Below, piece by piece: positions 1 to 9,564 of a stretch of DNA of 64,000 nt; the first letter of the stretch is position 1, and the number at the start of each line of letters is the position of its first letter. The stretch covers positions 23,929-87,928 of the forward strand of contig CALKDR010000013.1 in the NCBI GenBank assembly GCA_938084175.1, given 5' to 3'. The notes beneath the pieces are model-generated. The model searched no databases, was not told where the DNA came from, and saw nothing but the letters and a program-made list of their open reading frames with translations. Made by a program: the position numbers and the translations under genes. The DNA is from an uncultured Campylobacterales bacterium (GTDB lineage: Bacteria; Campylobacterota; Campylobacteria; Campylobacterales; Arcobacteraceae).

Positions 1-2
1 CA

Positions 3-692
3 TTTATAATACACTTTTTTTCATGGCAAGCTGTTTTTATATTTTTAACTATTTATTCATTATTAGTGGCTCTTTGGATTTATAAAGATTTAGATGAAAG
101 TTTTGTTTATGTAGAACAAAATGTATTTGAATCTTTTAAAATAGTTTTAACACATAAAAAAGCAATGAAAGCTATGCTAACACTTGCTTTAGGATTTTCT
201 GGATTTTTTATTTATATCTCAAAATCTTCATTTATATTTATAGAACATTTTGGAATTTCCACTGATATGTTTCCTTTCTTTTTTGGATTTAATTTCCTTG
301 TATTAATATTAATGATTAGAGTAAATATGATACTTCTAAAAAACTTTACTCAATTAGAATTAATTAAATTTGCAATAATTATTCAAATAATTTCAGGATT
401 TCTAATGATGATAAATCATGAAGGGGATTCATTAATTATTACTATGATATTAATGGCATCTTATATGAGTATGATGGCTTTCATTTTTGGAAACTGTATG
501 GCTTTATCTTTAGAGCATTTTTCAAAAAATGCTGGTGTAGCATCAAGTGTTATAGGAGTTTTACAATTTGGATTAGGTGCTATTATTTCTTCAATAGCTT
601 TATCTTTCCATAATGAAACTTTTTTACCAATTGCTATTAGTATTACTATACTTTCTTTTCTATGTTATTTAATTATTAGAACTTATAAATAA
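3..692 (+). CDS. Bcr/CflA-family MFS efflux transporter, 5'-partial (frame open to window start)
   Basis: Frame is open upstream of the tracked GTG (FIIHFFSWQAVFIFLTIY); multiple TM helices; C-terminal 'NAGVASSVIGVLQFGLG' typical of Bcr/CflA. Confidence 0.8.
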   Translation, partial: FIIHFFSWQAVFIFLTIYSLLVALWIYKDLDESFVYVEQNVFESFKIVLTHKKAMKAMLTLALGFSGFFIYISKSSFIFIEHFGISTDMFPFFFGFNFLVLILMIRVNMILLKNFTQLELIKFAIIIQIISGFLMMINHEGDSLIITMILMASYMSMMAFIFGNCMALSLEHFSKNAGVASSVIGVLQFGLGAIISSIALSFHNETFLPIAISITILSFLCYLIIRTYK

Positions 693-701
693 GGATTTTA
701 C

Positions 702-2081
702 ATGTTTAGATATTTTATTATTCTTACTTTTTCTTCAATATATTTATTTGCAAATGAGCTTGAAAACTTAAACCTTACATATTCATGGTTAGGATTTACT
801 GTACTTTTTATTTTTATTATTGGATATTATTTTATAGCAAACGAAGAAAAATACAAGTTAGATAAGGCTATTCCTGCACTTGTAATTGGGGTTTCTTCTT
901 TTTTATTAATTTCTGTTTATTATTATATAAATGATCTTGATATAAATTTGGTTCACAATGAATTAGAAAAAGTCATTTTAGAAATTGCTGAGATATTGTT
1001 CTTTTTATTTGTTGCTATGACTTATATTGAAGTTTTAATTTATCTAAAAGTTTTTGATAGTTTAAAATATAAACTAATTTCAAAAGAATATAGTTATAAA
1101 AAATTATTTTACTTAACAGGATTAATTGCATTTTTTCTCTCACCAATTGCTGATAATTTAACAACTGCTTTAATTTTAGCAACAGTTTTAGTAACAATTG
1201 AAAATAAAAATAAACAATTTTTAGTACCTAGTGCTATAAATATTGTTGTAGCAGCTAATGCAGGAGGTGTTTGGTCACCTTTTGGAGATATAACAACATT
1301 AATGACATGGACAGCAGAAAAAGCAAATTTTATAGATTTTTTATTTTTATTTCCAGCTTCAATATCTGGTTATTTACTCACAGCTTTTTTATTGTCTAGA
1401 TTTGTTCCAAGTGATAAACCAAGTTTTGATTCATCGAAACAATTAAAACCTAAAATGAAAGTTGGTGCTAAAGGAGCAATTTTATTAGGTTTGATAACTT
1501 TATTATCTGCAGTTATTTCTCATCAAATACTTGGATTTCCTGCAATGTGGGGAATGATGTTTGGATTAACTTTATTAAAAATCTATTCATATATATTAAG
1601 TAGAAAATATGCTTTTGATCAATTAAATATTCTTCAAGCTATGTCAAAAGTTGAAATTAATACATTACTGTTTTTCTTTGGAATTTTATCAGCCGTTGCT
1701 GCTTTATATTTTATTGGTTGGTTAACACTGTTATCAAGTGTTTATAAACCTGATATATTAGGCCCTACTTTATCAAATATACTTGTTGGATTTTTATCAG
1801 CAATTGTAGATAATGTTCCTGTTATGAGTGCTGTGTTAAAAGCCAATCCCTCAATGGATACATCACAATGGTTATTAATAACATTAACAGCTGGAATTGG
1901 TGGTTCTTTAATATCTTTTGGAAGTGCAGCAGGTATTGGAGTTATGGGAAAAGTTAAGGGAATTTATACCTTTAATTCTCATATGAAATATGCCTGGACT
2001 ATAATACTTGGATATGCTGCATCAATTGCAATATGGTACTTACAATTTGCCTTTTTAAATATTCATATAAACATTAATTAA
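702..2081 (+). CDS. nhaD: Na+/H+ antiporter NhaD
   Basis: Motifs 'SPIADNLTTAL', 'AANAGGVWSPFGDITT', 'SAIVDNVP', 'GGSLISFGSAAG'. Confidence 0.9.
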   Translation: MFRYFIILTFSSIYLFANELENLNLTYSWLGFTVLFIFIIGYYFIANEEKYKLDKAIPALVIGVSSFLLISVYYYINDLDINLVHNELEKVILEIAEILFFLFVAMTYIEVLIYLKVFDSLKYKLISKEYSYKKLFYLTGLIAFFLSPIADNLTTALILATVLVTIENKNKQFLVPSAINIVVAANAGGVWSPFGDITTLMTWTAEKANFIDFLFLFPASISGYLLTAFLLSRFVPSDKPSFDSSKQLKPKMKVGAKGAILLGLITLLSAVISHQILGFPAMWGMMFGLTLLKIYSYILSRKYAFDQLNILQAMSKVEINTLLFFFGILSAVAALYFIGWLTLLSSVYKPDILGPTLSNILVGFLSAIVDNVPVMSAVLKANPSMDTSQWLLITLTAGIGGSLISFGSAAGIGVMGKVKGIYTFNSHMKYAWTIILGYAASIAIWYLQFAFLNIHININ

Positions 2082-2137
2082 TATTTTTGTTCAAATTAGA
2101 TAAAATCACTGTCTTAAATAGACAATGGAGTTATATA

Positions 2138-2599
2138 ATGTTTGGAATGGGCTTTATGGAAATCTTTCTAATTGCAATTGTAGCAATTATCGCACTTGGA
2201 CCTGATAAATTACCTACAGCAATGGTTGAAGTAGCTAAATTTTTAAAAAAATTTAAATCAGGTGTTGAAGATGCAAAATCTACATTAGATAGTGAATTAA
2301 ACATTACTGAATTAAAAGATGAAGCTAATAAATTCAAAGCTCAAATTCAAGACACTAAAATGTCAATGACAATGGATTCAAGAGTTGATTTAGGTCTTAA
2401 AGATATTATGAAAGATGATTTAAATCAAGATGAGTCAATTTCAAAAGAAGATAAAAAGCCAAAAGAAGAAAAGATAGCTCTAAAAAAAGAGAAGAAAAAG
2501 AAAACTTCAAAAAATGAAGAAACTTCAAAAGATGAGCAAAATCCAGCTAATAAATTTAAAGTAAATTTTGATGATAAGAAGAAAGAGGATAATGCATAA
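2138..2599 (+). CDS. tatB: Twin-arginine translocase subunit TatB
   Basis: Start reassigned to ATG 2138 (GGAG upstream); 'MFGMGFMEIFLIAIVAIIALGPDKLP'; directly upstream of tatC. Confidence 0.92.
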   Translation: MFGMGFMEIFLIAIVAIIALGPDKLPTAMVEVAKFLKKFKSGVEDAKSTLDSELNITELKDEANKFKAQIQDTKMSMTMDSRVDLGLKDIMKDDLNQDESISKEDKKPKEEKIALKKEKKKKTSKNEETSKDEQNPANKFKVNFDDKKKEDNA

Positions 2600-3390
2600 T
2601 GTTTGATGATTTAAAACCACATATTGCAGATTTACGAAAAAGGTTAATGATATCAGCGGGATCTGTAATAATAATGTTCTTCGCTTGTTTTTTCTTTTAT
2701 GAACCAATTTTATCATGGATGATGGTTCCTGTTGAAGCTGTTTTACCACCTGATTCAAAAATGGTTGCAGTTGAGATTCAAGAAACATTCTTTACAGCAC
2801 TTAAAGTTGCATTTTTCTCAGGATTTATACTTTCACTACCTGTAATTTTTTGGCAATTATGGTTGTTTTTAGCTCCTGGACTTTATGACCATGAAAAGAA
2901 ACTAGTTTTTCCATTCGTATTTTTTGCAACACTTATGTTTTTAATGGGTTCTTCATTTGCTTACTATGTAGTTGTACCTTATGGATTTGAATTTCTTGTA
3001 AACTTTGGTTCGGCTGTTGTTACAATTTTACCAAGTATTGGTAAGTATGTTGGATTCTTTACAAAACTATTATTTGGTTTTGGAGTTGCATTTGAATTAC
3101 CTGTAATTACATTTTTCCTTGCGAAAATTGGACTTGTTGATGACAGAATGTTAAAAGATTTCTTTAAATATGCTGTTGTTTTAATTTTTATTTTATCATC
3201 ACTTTTAACACCACCTGATGTATTAACACAATTTTTAATGGCAGGACCTTTAATCATTCTTTATGGAGTATCAATTTATATTGCAAAAGTATTCAACCCA
3301 GCAGCTGTTGATGAAGAAGATGATTTTGAGGACAATGAAGAAGATTTTGAAGATGAAAATGAAGAAACATATGAAGAAGAGAGAAAATAA
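2599..3390 (+). CDS. tatC: Twin-arginine translocase subunit TatC
   Basis: 'PHIADLRKRL', 'FLAPGLY', 'FELP', 'TPPD' motifs. Confidence 0.96.
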   Translation: MFDDLKPHIADLRKRLMISAGSVIIMFFACFFFYEPILSWMMVPVEAVLPPDSKMVAVEIQETFFTALKVAFFSGFILSLPVIFWQLWLFLAPGLYDHEKKLVFPFVFFATLMFLMGSSFAYYVVVPYGFEFLVNFGSAVVTILPSIGKYVGFFTKLLFGFGVAFELPVITFFLAKIGLVDDRMLKDFFKYAVVLIFILSSLLTPPDVLTQFLMAGPLIILYGVSIYIAKVFNPAAVDEEDDFEDNEEDFEDENEETYEEERK

Positions 3391-3396
3391 AATTTT

Positions 3397-4419
3397 ATGC
3401 TAGACCCTTTAAAAACTTCAAGCTATGATTATTCTTTACCTAAAGAACTCATAGCTTCAAAACCAGTTCATCCAGCAGACAGTGCGAAACTTTTAGTTTA
3501 CAATACAAAAACAAATACAATAACTCATAGTACTTTTAAAAATCTTATGGATTTTTTACCTGAGAATATTTCAGTATTTTTAAATGATACAAAAGTAATT
3601 AAAGCTAGAATATTTGGTAAAAAACCTTCAGGTGGGAAAGTTGAACTACTTTTAAATAAACCACTATTTATGGATAGATACCTTGTAATGATTAGAGGAA
3701 AAGTTCATGTTGGTATTGAGTTAGAATTTGATGAGAATTTAATCGTAAAAGTATTAGAAATAAATGAAGATGGTACTAGAGTAGTAGAGTTTTATAAAAA
3801 TGAAGAAAAACTAGATTTTATAACACTAGTAGAAACATTAAATAGAATTGGACATCTTCCACTTCCTCATTATATGAATAGAGAAGATAATGAAGAAGAT
3901 AATACAAATTATCAAACTTTATTTGCAAAAAACTATGGAGCAGTTGCAGCTCCAACTGCATCATTACACTTTACTGAAGAATTATTACAAAAAATAAATG
4001 ATAAATTTGATGTGAATTATTTAACGCTTCATGTAGGAGCAGGAACATTTAAACCTGTTGATGCAGATGATATCTTAGATCACCCAATGCATAGTGAGTA
4101 TTTTGAAATTGGAAGAGAAGCAAAAGAGTCCTTAGATAAGGCATCAAAAGTTTTAGCCGTTGGAACTACAGTTACTAGAACAATAGAATATTATGCAAGA
4201 AAAAATATGATTGCAGGTGAATGTGATTTATTTTTAAATCCAGCTAATAAACCTATAAAAGTTGATCATTTACTTACAAATTTTCACCTTCCAAAATCAA
4301 CATTAATCATGTTAATTGCATCATTTGTTGGTTTAGAAAAAACACTAGAAATTTATGAAGAAGCGGTAAGGGAAGAATATAGATTTTTCTCTTATGGTGA
4401 TGGCATGTTAATTATATAA
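3397..4419 (+). CDS. queA: S-adenosylmethionine:tRNA ribosyltransferase-isomerase
   Basis: 'GAVAAPTASLHF', 'TLHVGAGTF', 'LTNFHLPKSTL', 'YRFFSYGDGM'. Confidence 0.97.
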   Translation: MLDPLKTSSYDYSLPKELIASKPVHPADSAKLLVYNTKTNTITHSTFKNLMDFLPENISVFLNDTKVIKARIFGKKPSGGKVELLLNKPLFMDRYLVMIRGKVHVGIELEFDENLIVKVLEINEDGTRVVEFYKNEEKLDFITLVETLNRIGHLPLPHYMNREDNEEDNTNYQTLFAKNYGAVAAPTASLHFTEELLQKINDKFDVNYLTLHVGAGTFKPVDADDILDHPMHSEYFEIGREAKESLDKASKVLAVGTTVTRTIEYYARKNMIAGECDLFLNPANKPIKVDHLLTNFHLPKSTLIMLIASFVGLEKTLEIYEEAVREEYRFFSYGDGMLII

Positions 4420-4440
4420 AAAGATAGCAAGGAATAAGAT

Positions 4441-5193
4441 ATGGCACATTACGTATTATTTGATACAGAAACAACAGGAAATAAAGAAGAAGATAGAGTT
4501 ATCCAATTTGGAGCAATGATACTTGACCAAAAGGGAAAAGTTGAAGCTTTTAATGACTTTTGTTCAACTAATGTTGATATTAAAATCGAAGCTATGGAAG
4601 TTCATAATATAACACCTGATTTAATAATAGGAAAACCAACAGCAAGAGAAACTTCTTTTTATAAGAGACTAGAAGAATTAAATACAAATGAAAACTATAT
4701 TATTGCACATAACATAGCTTTTGATATGGGAATGATAAAAAAAGAAGGTTTTATAAATCAGTATAAACAAATTGATACTTTAAGATGTGCAAAGCATTTA
4801 TATGCAGAACTTCCTTACCATAGATTGCAATACTTAAGATATGCACTTGATTTATATAAAACAGAACAAGCAGAAGCTTCTAAGCATAATATTACAATTA
4901 AAGCACACGATGCAATTGGTGATGTTTTAGTTATGAAACTATTTTTATCAAAACTAGTTACTAAATGTAGAGAAGTTTATCCTGATTATAATCCAATGGA
5001 AAAATTAGTTGAACTTACTTCTACTCCTGTATTTATCAAAACTTTTAAATTTGGTAAACATAAAGGAAAAGAAGTAGAACAAGTTGCTAAAGAAGACTCA
5101 GGTTACTTAAACTGGATGAGAACAAATATGGACTTAGATGAAGATTTAAAATATACACTAGATAAAGTTTTAGGATCAAGTGATAATTACTAA
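4441..5193 (+). CDS. DEDDh 3'-5' exonuclease (ExoX-like) with C-terminal FGKHKG module
   Basis: ExoI 'FDTETTG', ExoII 'AHNIAFD', ExoIII 'HDAIGD'; C-terminal 'FKFGKHKG..YLNW'. Confidence 0.85.
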   Translation: MAHYVLFDTETTGNKEEDRVIQFGAMILDQKGKVEAFNDFCSTNVDIKIEAMEVHNITPDLIIGKPTARETSFYKRLEELNTNENYIIAHNIAFDMGMIKKEGFINQYKQIDTLRCAKHLYAELPYHRLQYLRYALDLYKTEQAEASKHNITIKAHDAIGDVLVMKLFLSKLVTKCREVYPDYNPMEKLVELTSTPVFIKTFKFGKHKGKEVEQVAKEDSGYLNWMRTNMDLDEDLKYTLDKVLGSSDNY

Positions 5194-5229
5194 ATTTTAA
5201 TTAAACTTCAAAAGGAAATATATCTATAT

Positions 5230-6289
5230 ATAATTAGTATATATCTCCTTGTCTTTCACTAAGATTTTCTCCAATAAAAATCAATAAATTTTCTCTTCTT
5301 TATTTTGATATAACTCATTTATTTCATAAAAACTATTAACATATTGAATAAGAAACTGAGAGTCTGAATTTTCGTATTCTACAATACCATTTACTCTTAA
5401 AATATTTTTTGAAACATTTTTTAGATACTGCTCAAACTCTTTTCTATTTAACTTTTTATCAACTGTTTTTTTATACTTGAAAGATTATCATCGTGATGAG
5501 TTCTAAAGTGTGTTATTGCTTCTTGGAATTGATTTGATATTTGATTTAGACTATTATTTTCTTGAATGCTATTTGTTATAACAAGTGGATTTATATTACA
5601 GTTAACTGTTTTAATAATACTAGAACAAAGGTTTTGTATATGTAATTGTTCCTCTACTTCTTCTATTTCTTCTTTTGAGAGTAAATCAATTTTATTTAAT
5701 AAAATCACATCTGCTAAACGTAATTGGTCTTTAAAAACAATATAAGATGAAAGCATTTTTTATAAGAGTTAGCATCAACAATTGTGACAATTGAATCATA
5801 ATCAATTAAATCACCTAGTTCATCAATTCCACTTAAAAGATTAAAAGGATTAGCAACACCTGTTGTTTCTAAAATAATAGTATCAGATATTTTTTTTTGA
5901 AATAGAGTTGTCACAGCAGCTCTTAATTGTCCTGCTAGACTGCATTATACGCAACATTCATCAATCTCAACCATATTGAAATCATAGTCTAAGAGTTTTC
6001 AATCTAATCCTGTTTTTCCTATTTCATTTTGTATGATTCCTACAAACCTATTATTTTGATTTTCAAATTCTAAAAAATTTTGTAAAAAGTTTGTTTTTCC
6101 TGAACCTAAAAAACCTGTAACTTTAATAAGCTTTGGTTTTTTTTTACCTTGAATTAATTTGAATTTAGTAAGATCTAATTTATAGTTAAACCATGAACCT
6201 GAAGTAAAAATTTTGAATATTCTTTTATATTTAATATCCATATTGTTAAAAACACTTTCAAACCATTTTTCTTTTTTTACTAAGTTCAT
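5230..6289 (-). pseudogene. COG0523/CobW-family G3E metallochaperone GTPase, disrupted
   Basis: Walker A 'TGFLGSGKT', 'QNEIG', mutated CxCC ('CCV*C'), 'ETTGVANP', 'LLNKIDL' spread across at least three frames with in-frame stops; ends approximate. Confidence 0.85.
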
Positions 6290-6329
6290 ATCCTTAACTA
6301 TAAACTGATTTAATTAAGTGGGAACCTAT

Positions 6330-6660
6330 TTTCTTATTAAGTCTAGATATAAATCCTCTAACTATTTTATTGTCAGTATAATCATCATCAAACAATTCTA
6401 TTTCAATTGATTCTTTATTTAATGTAAAAGTTTCTATATGCCATTTATATTTGGCATATTAATATCAGTAAAAACCATATCAATTTTACTATCTTTTAAT
6501 TTTTCTAAGCCTTCTATACCATCTTTAGCAAGAATTGTATTAGTAAAATAAATACTTAAGACTTTAGCTGTTGCACTCTTACATTCTCTTCATCTTCAAC
6601 ATAAAGAATACAAAGTCCCTCACACTTCTGTTTTATAGAATTTAATTCTTTTTTATCCAT
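6330..6660 (-). pseudogene. Response regulator receiver-domain remnant
   Basis: 'LYVEDEENVR', then after a frameshift 'AKDGIEGLEKL..IDMVFTDINMPNING*'; 3' end approximate. Confidence 0.75.
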
Positions 6661-6721
6661 TTTATTGGCTCTTTTCTAATTAAATGTATATATTTATAAA
6701 ATAGTTTTTAAAGAGAAAATT

Positions 6722-6747
6722 AATAAGCAGTAGTAGCTCTGCTTATT
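6722..6747. terminator. Hairpin downstream of exonuclease gene
   Basis: AATAAGCAG-N8-CTGCTTATT inverted repeat about 30 nt past the stop of 6778..7620. Confidence 0.5.
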
Positions 6748-6777
6748 CGAAAAAGAACTTATTAACTTGTTTAAGTA

Positions 6778-7620
6778 TTAAAATTCTTTTAATAGTTTTT
6801 CATAATGGTTATTATTGAAGTTTTCTTGAAACCATATAGGTAAGATTTCTGATAAAAAAGGATATTTTATTAACATACTACAAAAAACATCATATACACA
6901 AGCTGCATCTTCACTTGCATATTTTATTTGAGTATCAGTTAATACTACATTTTCCCAATTTGATCTTGATATTTTTTTAGATTTCTGTAAATTCTGATTT
7001 AAAAATAAAAGTACACTTTTCTTTGCACCAATATCATTTGGATATGACATTTTTGCTTTAAATAATGAACCAAAATCAATGCAACACTTAGGTCTAATTC
7101 TAAAATCTGTGTATAAAGCAGATGTGTCTCCATTTAGTCCAATACCAACTTTTATTATGCTTTTACTTGTTAGTATGTTTAATAAAGGTTTTATATTTTT
7201 TATTAAATGAACTTGGAATAAGTAACAATTTTTATCATCCGACATTTGAATAATGGCAATTTTACTAGGTGGAACGCCTTTTTGAAAAATTGGTTTTTGT
7301 TCAGTATCAAAACCTAAGATTTTAGAGTTTTCTAATTGTAGGACTGCTTCATTTAAATCTTTTTCATTTTTTATAACATGAACTTTTTTATTTTTTAATG
7401 AGTAACTAGGTAGATTATCATCTGAATATTTGTTGATATTATCTAACTTAGAAATAAAATCTATTAGTTTATAAGTTCTATCATCTAATGAGCTAACAAC
7501 ATCACTAAAAGCATTTGAAACAGCTTTTTCTAATTCTTCACCAGTTTTATTTCCACAAATCTTTTTAATTAGATCTATTCTTTTTTTATTTATAAAGGAC
7601 TCTGACATATCTATTTTCAA
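6778..7620 (-). CDS. 3'-5' exonuclease (WRN/RNase D-like DEDDy) with N-terminal extension
   Basis: 'GFDTEQKP', 'KVGIGLNGD', 'SRSNWE..LTDTQIKYASEDA'. Confidence 0.85.
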   Translation of the reverse strand: MKIDMSESFINKKRIDLIKKICGNKTGEELEKAVSNAFSDVVSSLDDRTYKLIDFISKLDNINKYSDDNLPSYSLKNKKVHVIKNEKDLNEAVLQLENSKILGFDTEQKPIFQKGVPPSKIAIIQMSDDKNCYLFQVHLIKNIKPLLNILTSKSIIKVGIGLNGDTSALYTDFRIRPKCCIDFGSLFKAKMSYPNDIGAKKSVLLFLNQNLQKSKKISRSNWENVVLTDTQIKYASEDAACVYDVFCSMLIKYPFLSEILPIWFQENFNNNHYEKLLKEF

Positions 7621-7725
7621 AAAATTCTCCAGGAAATGTGTTTTAATTAACGAATAATATCTAAAAGTATTTGAATTATACGTTGATACTTCACTTTATT
7701 TTTAATAATAAGAAATTTTAGACAT

Positions 7726-7762
7726 AAAAAAAGGGAGTTAACATCCGTTTAACTCCCTTTTT
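7726..7762 (-). terminator. Rho-independent terminator
   Basis: Minus strand GGGAGTTAA-ACGGATG-TTAACTCCC followed by T7; A-tract on the other side makes it potentially bidirectional. Confidence 0.85.
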
Positions 7763-7842
7763 AAATACTTTGCTTAAATAAACACTTATTTAAGCTAATC
7801 ACTACGTTGTGATTTAAATTATTATGTTAGTTTGTAACAATA

Positions 7843-7866
7843 CTAAAAATGAGAAACCTTCGTCAT
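7843..7866 (-). CDS. Putative 7-aa minigene peptide MTKVSHF
   Basis: Perfect SD GGAGGTG 3 nt before ATG ACG AAG GTT TCT CAT TTT TAG. Confidence 0.4.
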   Translation of the reverse strand: MTKVSHF

Positions 7867-7895
7867 TTACACCTCCGTATTATTGGGTTACTGAC

Positions 7896-7904
7896 ATTAT
7901 AACA
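7896..7904 (-). promoter_or_regulatory. Extended -10 sigma70 promoter element
   Basis: TGnTATAAT consensus (TGTTATAAT) on the minus strand. Confidence 0.6.
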
Positions 7905-7968
7905 TCTTTTCAAATTAAAAGTAGCTTAATTTTAGTAAAGTTTTTATAAGATATCTAAAAGGATAGTA

Positions 7969-8139
7969 ATGTTTTTAGAAAGTATAAAAAATATATTTAA
8001 GAAAGAAGAAATATTCGAGTGTATTATTTGGGATGGAAAAACAATGAAATATCAAGATTTAACGCAAAAAGAAATAGATAAAATTAAAAACAATCCTGAA
8101 TATAAAGACTGGAGTGTCACACTAAAAGATGAATGTTAA
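7969..8139 (+). CDS. Small hypothetical protein, 56 aa (below ORF-track cutoff)
   Basis: AAGGA SD; MFLESIKNIFKKEEIFECIIWDGKTMKYQDLTQKEIDKIKNNPEYKDWSVTLKDEC*; ends 23 nt before aat. Confidence 0.6.
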   Translation: MFLESIKNIFKKEEIFECIIWDGKTMKYQDLTQKEIDKIKNNPEYKDWSVTLKDEC

Positions 8140-8162
8140 TGCAATTTAGATAAAATCAGCGT

Positions 8163-8840
8163 ATGGAAATATTAGATAATGACGAAAAAATATACCTTTT
8201 AGAGGAAGAGAACTTCTCTTTTCCTAGTTTGGATATGATGAAGAACGATTTAGTTGCAATTGGTGGGGATTTTCATCCACAAAGATTGATTAACGCTTAT
8301 AAAAATGGTTTATTCCCTTGGTTTATTGATGAACAAAACTACATTCATTGGTATAGTCCTAATAAGAGAATGGTTCTTTATCCTGAAGAATTCAAAGTTT
8401 CAAAGAGTCTGAAGAAAAGTATCAAAAATAAAGGCTTTGTCATAAAATCAAATGAAAATTTTGAAAAAGTAATAAAAAGCTGTGCAAATATAAAAAGAAA
8501 GCATGAAGATGATACTTGGATTAGTGAAGAATTTATTCAAGCTTATACAAGACTTTTTGAATTAGGCTACGTTTTTTCAATTGAATGCTATTTAGAAGAT
8601 AAATTAGTAGGTGGACTGTACGGTATTTTGATTAATGATATTTTTTGTGGTGAAAGTATGTTTGCAAAAGAGAGTGATGCATCAAAAGTGGCTTTTTATC
8701 ACTTATGTAAACAAGCAAAAGATAATGGTATTAAAATGATTGATTGTCAAGTTTATAATGAGCATTTAGCAAGTCTTGGCGCAAAAGAAATACCTAGAGA
8801 TGAATATTTTGATATTTTAAAGCCTCAAAATGAAAACTAA
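8163..8840 (+). CDS. aat: Leucyl/phenylalanyl-tRNA--protein transferase
   Basis: 'AYKNGLFPW', 'LVGGLYG', 'FCGESMF', 'DASKVA', 'IDCQ..HLASLGA'. Confidence 0.95.
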   Translation: MEILDNDEKIYLLEEENFSFPSLDMMKNDLVAIGGDFHPQRLINAYKNGLFPWFIDEQNYIHWYSPNKRMVLYPEEFKVSKSLKKSIKNKGFVIKSNENFEKVIKSCANIKRKHEDDTWISEEFIQAYTRLFELGYVFSIECYLEDKLVGGLYGILINDIFCGESMFAKESDASKVAFYHLCKQAKDNGIKMIDCQVYNEHLASLGAKEIPRDEYFDILKPQNEN

Positions 8841-9488
8841 GCATAATTTAGAAGAAGTTATTTATAAAACAGATAATGATTTAAAAGTGATTTTAGAGAA
8901 AATTGTTTTTTTGGCTGAAAAAAGAAATAAAAATACTAGATACTCTATATTACTATTGGATAAAGAAAAAAATATTTCATAGAAGCAGCTGTCCTTAGTT
9001 TGCCTTCTTTTTATAATAATGCAGTAATTGGAATTGAAATAGGTAAAAAGTAGGTTCTTGTGGAATTGCATGTTATAAAAACAAAGAGTAATTGTTGAAA
9101 ATATAAATACGCATGAAAATTGGAAGAACTATTTAGTCTTAACAAAAGAAGCAAATTTACATTCTTGTTGGTCTGAAACTATTCTTTCTTCCAATAACGA
9201 AATCCTTGGAAGTTTTGCAATATATAATGATATTCCAAAAGAATAATCATAAGATTAAAAGATAATGCAGGTGCGATTGCTAATAATTTAATTACAAAAG
9301 TTTTTGAACCTTATACTACTAATAAACATAAAAGTTTAGGAACGGGATTGGGATTAAACATTACATATAATTTTATTCTAATTGGAATGAAAGGTAAAAT
9401 ATCAGTAGAAAATACTACTTATAATTACAAAGATAAAGAGTATATAGGTTGTGAATTTACTGTAGTTTTTGAGAAATATTTTCGGTAA
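8830..9488 (+). pseudogene. GAF-domain sensor histidine kinase remnant (internal deletion plus frameshifts)
   Basis: GAF segment 'SLPSFYNNAVIGIEIGKKVGSCG..HSCWS..ILGSFAIY' joined to HATPase 'IKDNAG..KVFEPY..GTGLGL' with no HisKA between. Confidence 0.8.
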
Positions 9489-9564
9489 GTTACTTTTATT
9501 TTTTCACCTAATACTTTAGGTTTTGTATTTAATATATTAATATCTAAAAAAGCTTTTATTTGTG

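Larger units (their letters stand above)
7726..7890 (-). ncRNA. Candidate small structured RNA / minigene mRNA (~165 nt)
   Basis: Bounded by extended -10 TGTTATAAT (7904-7896) and a strong terminator; internal hairpins AATCAC-N6-GTGATT and GCTTAAATAA-N4-TTATTTAAGC. Confidence 0.6.

Noticed and set aside
5999-6001. In-frame TGA in the COG0523 gene as selenocysteine
   Set aside because: It falls at a Gly position (GLDG), and the gene has a TAA stop and frameshifts as well.
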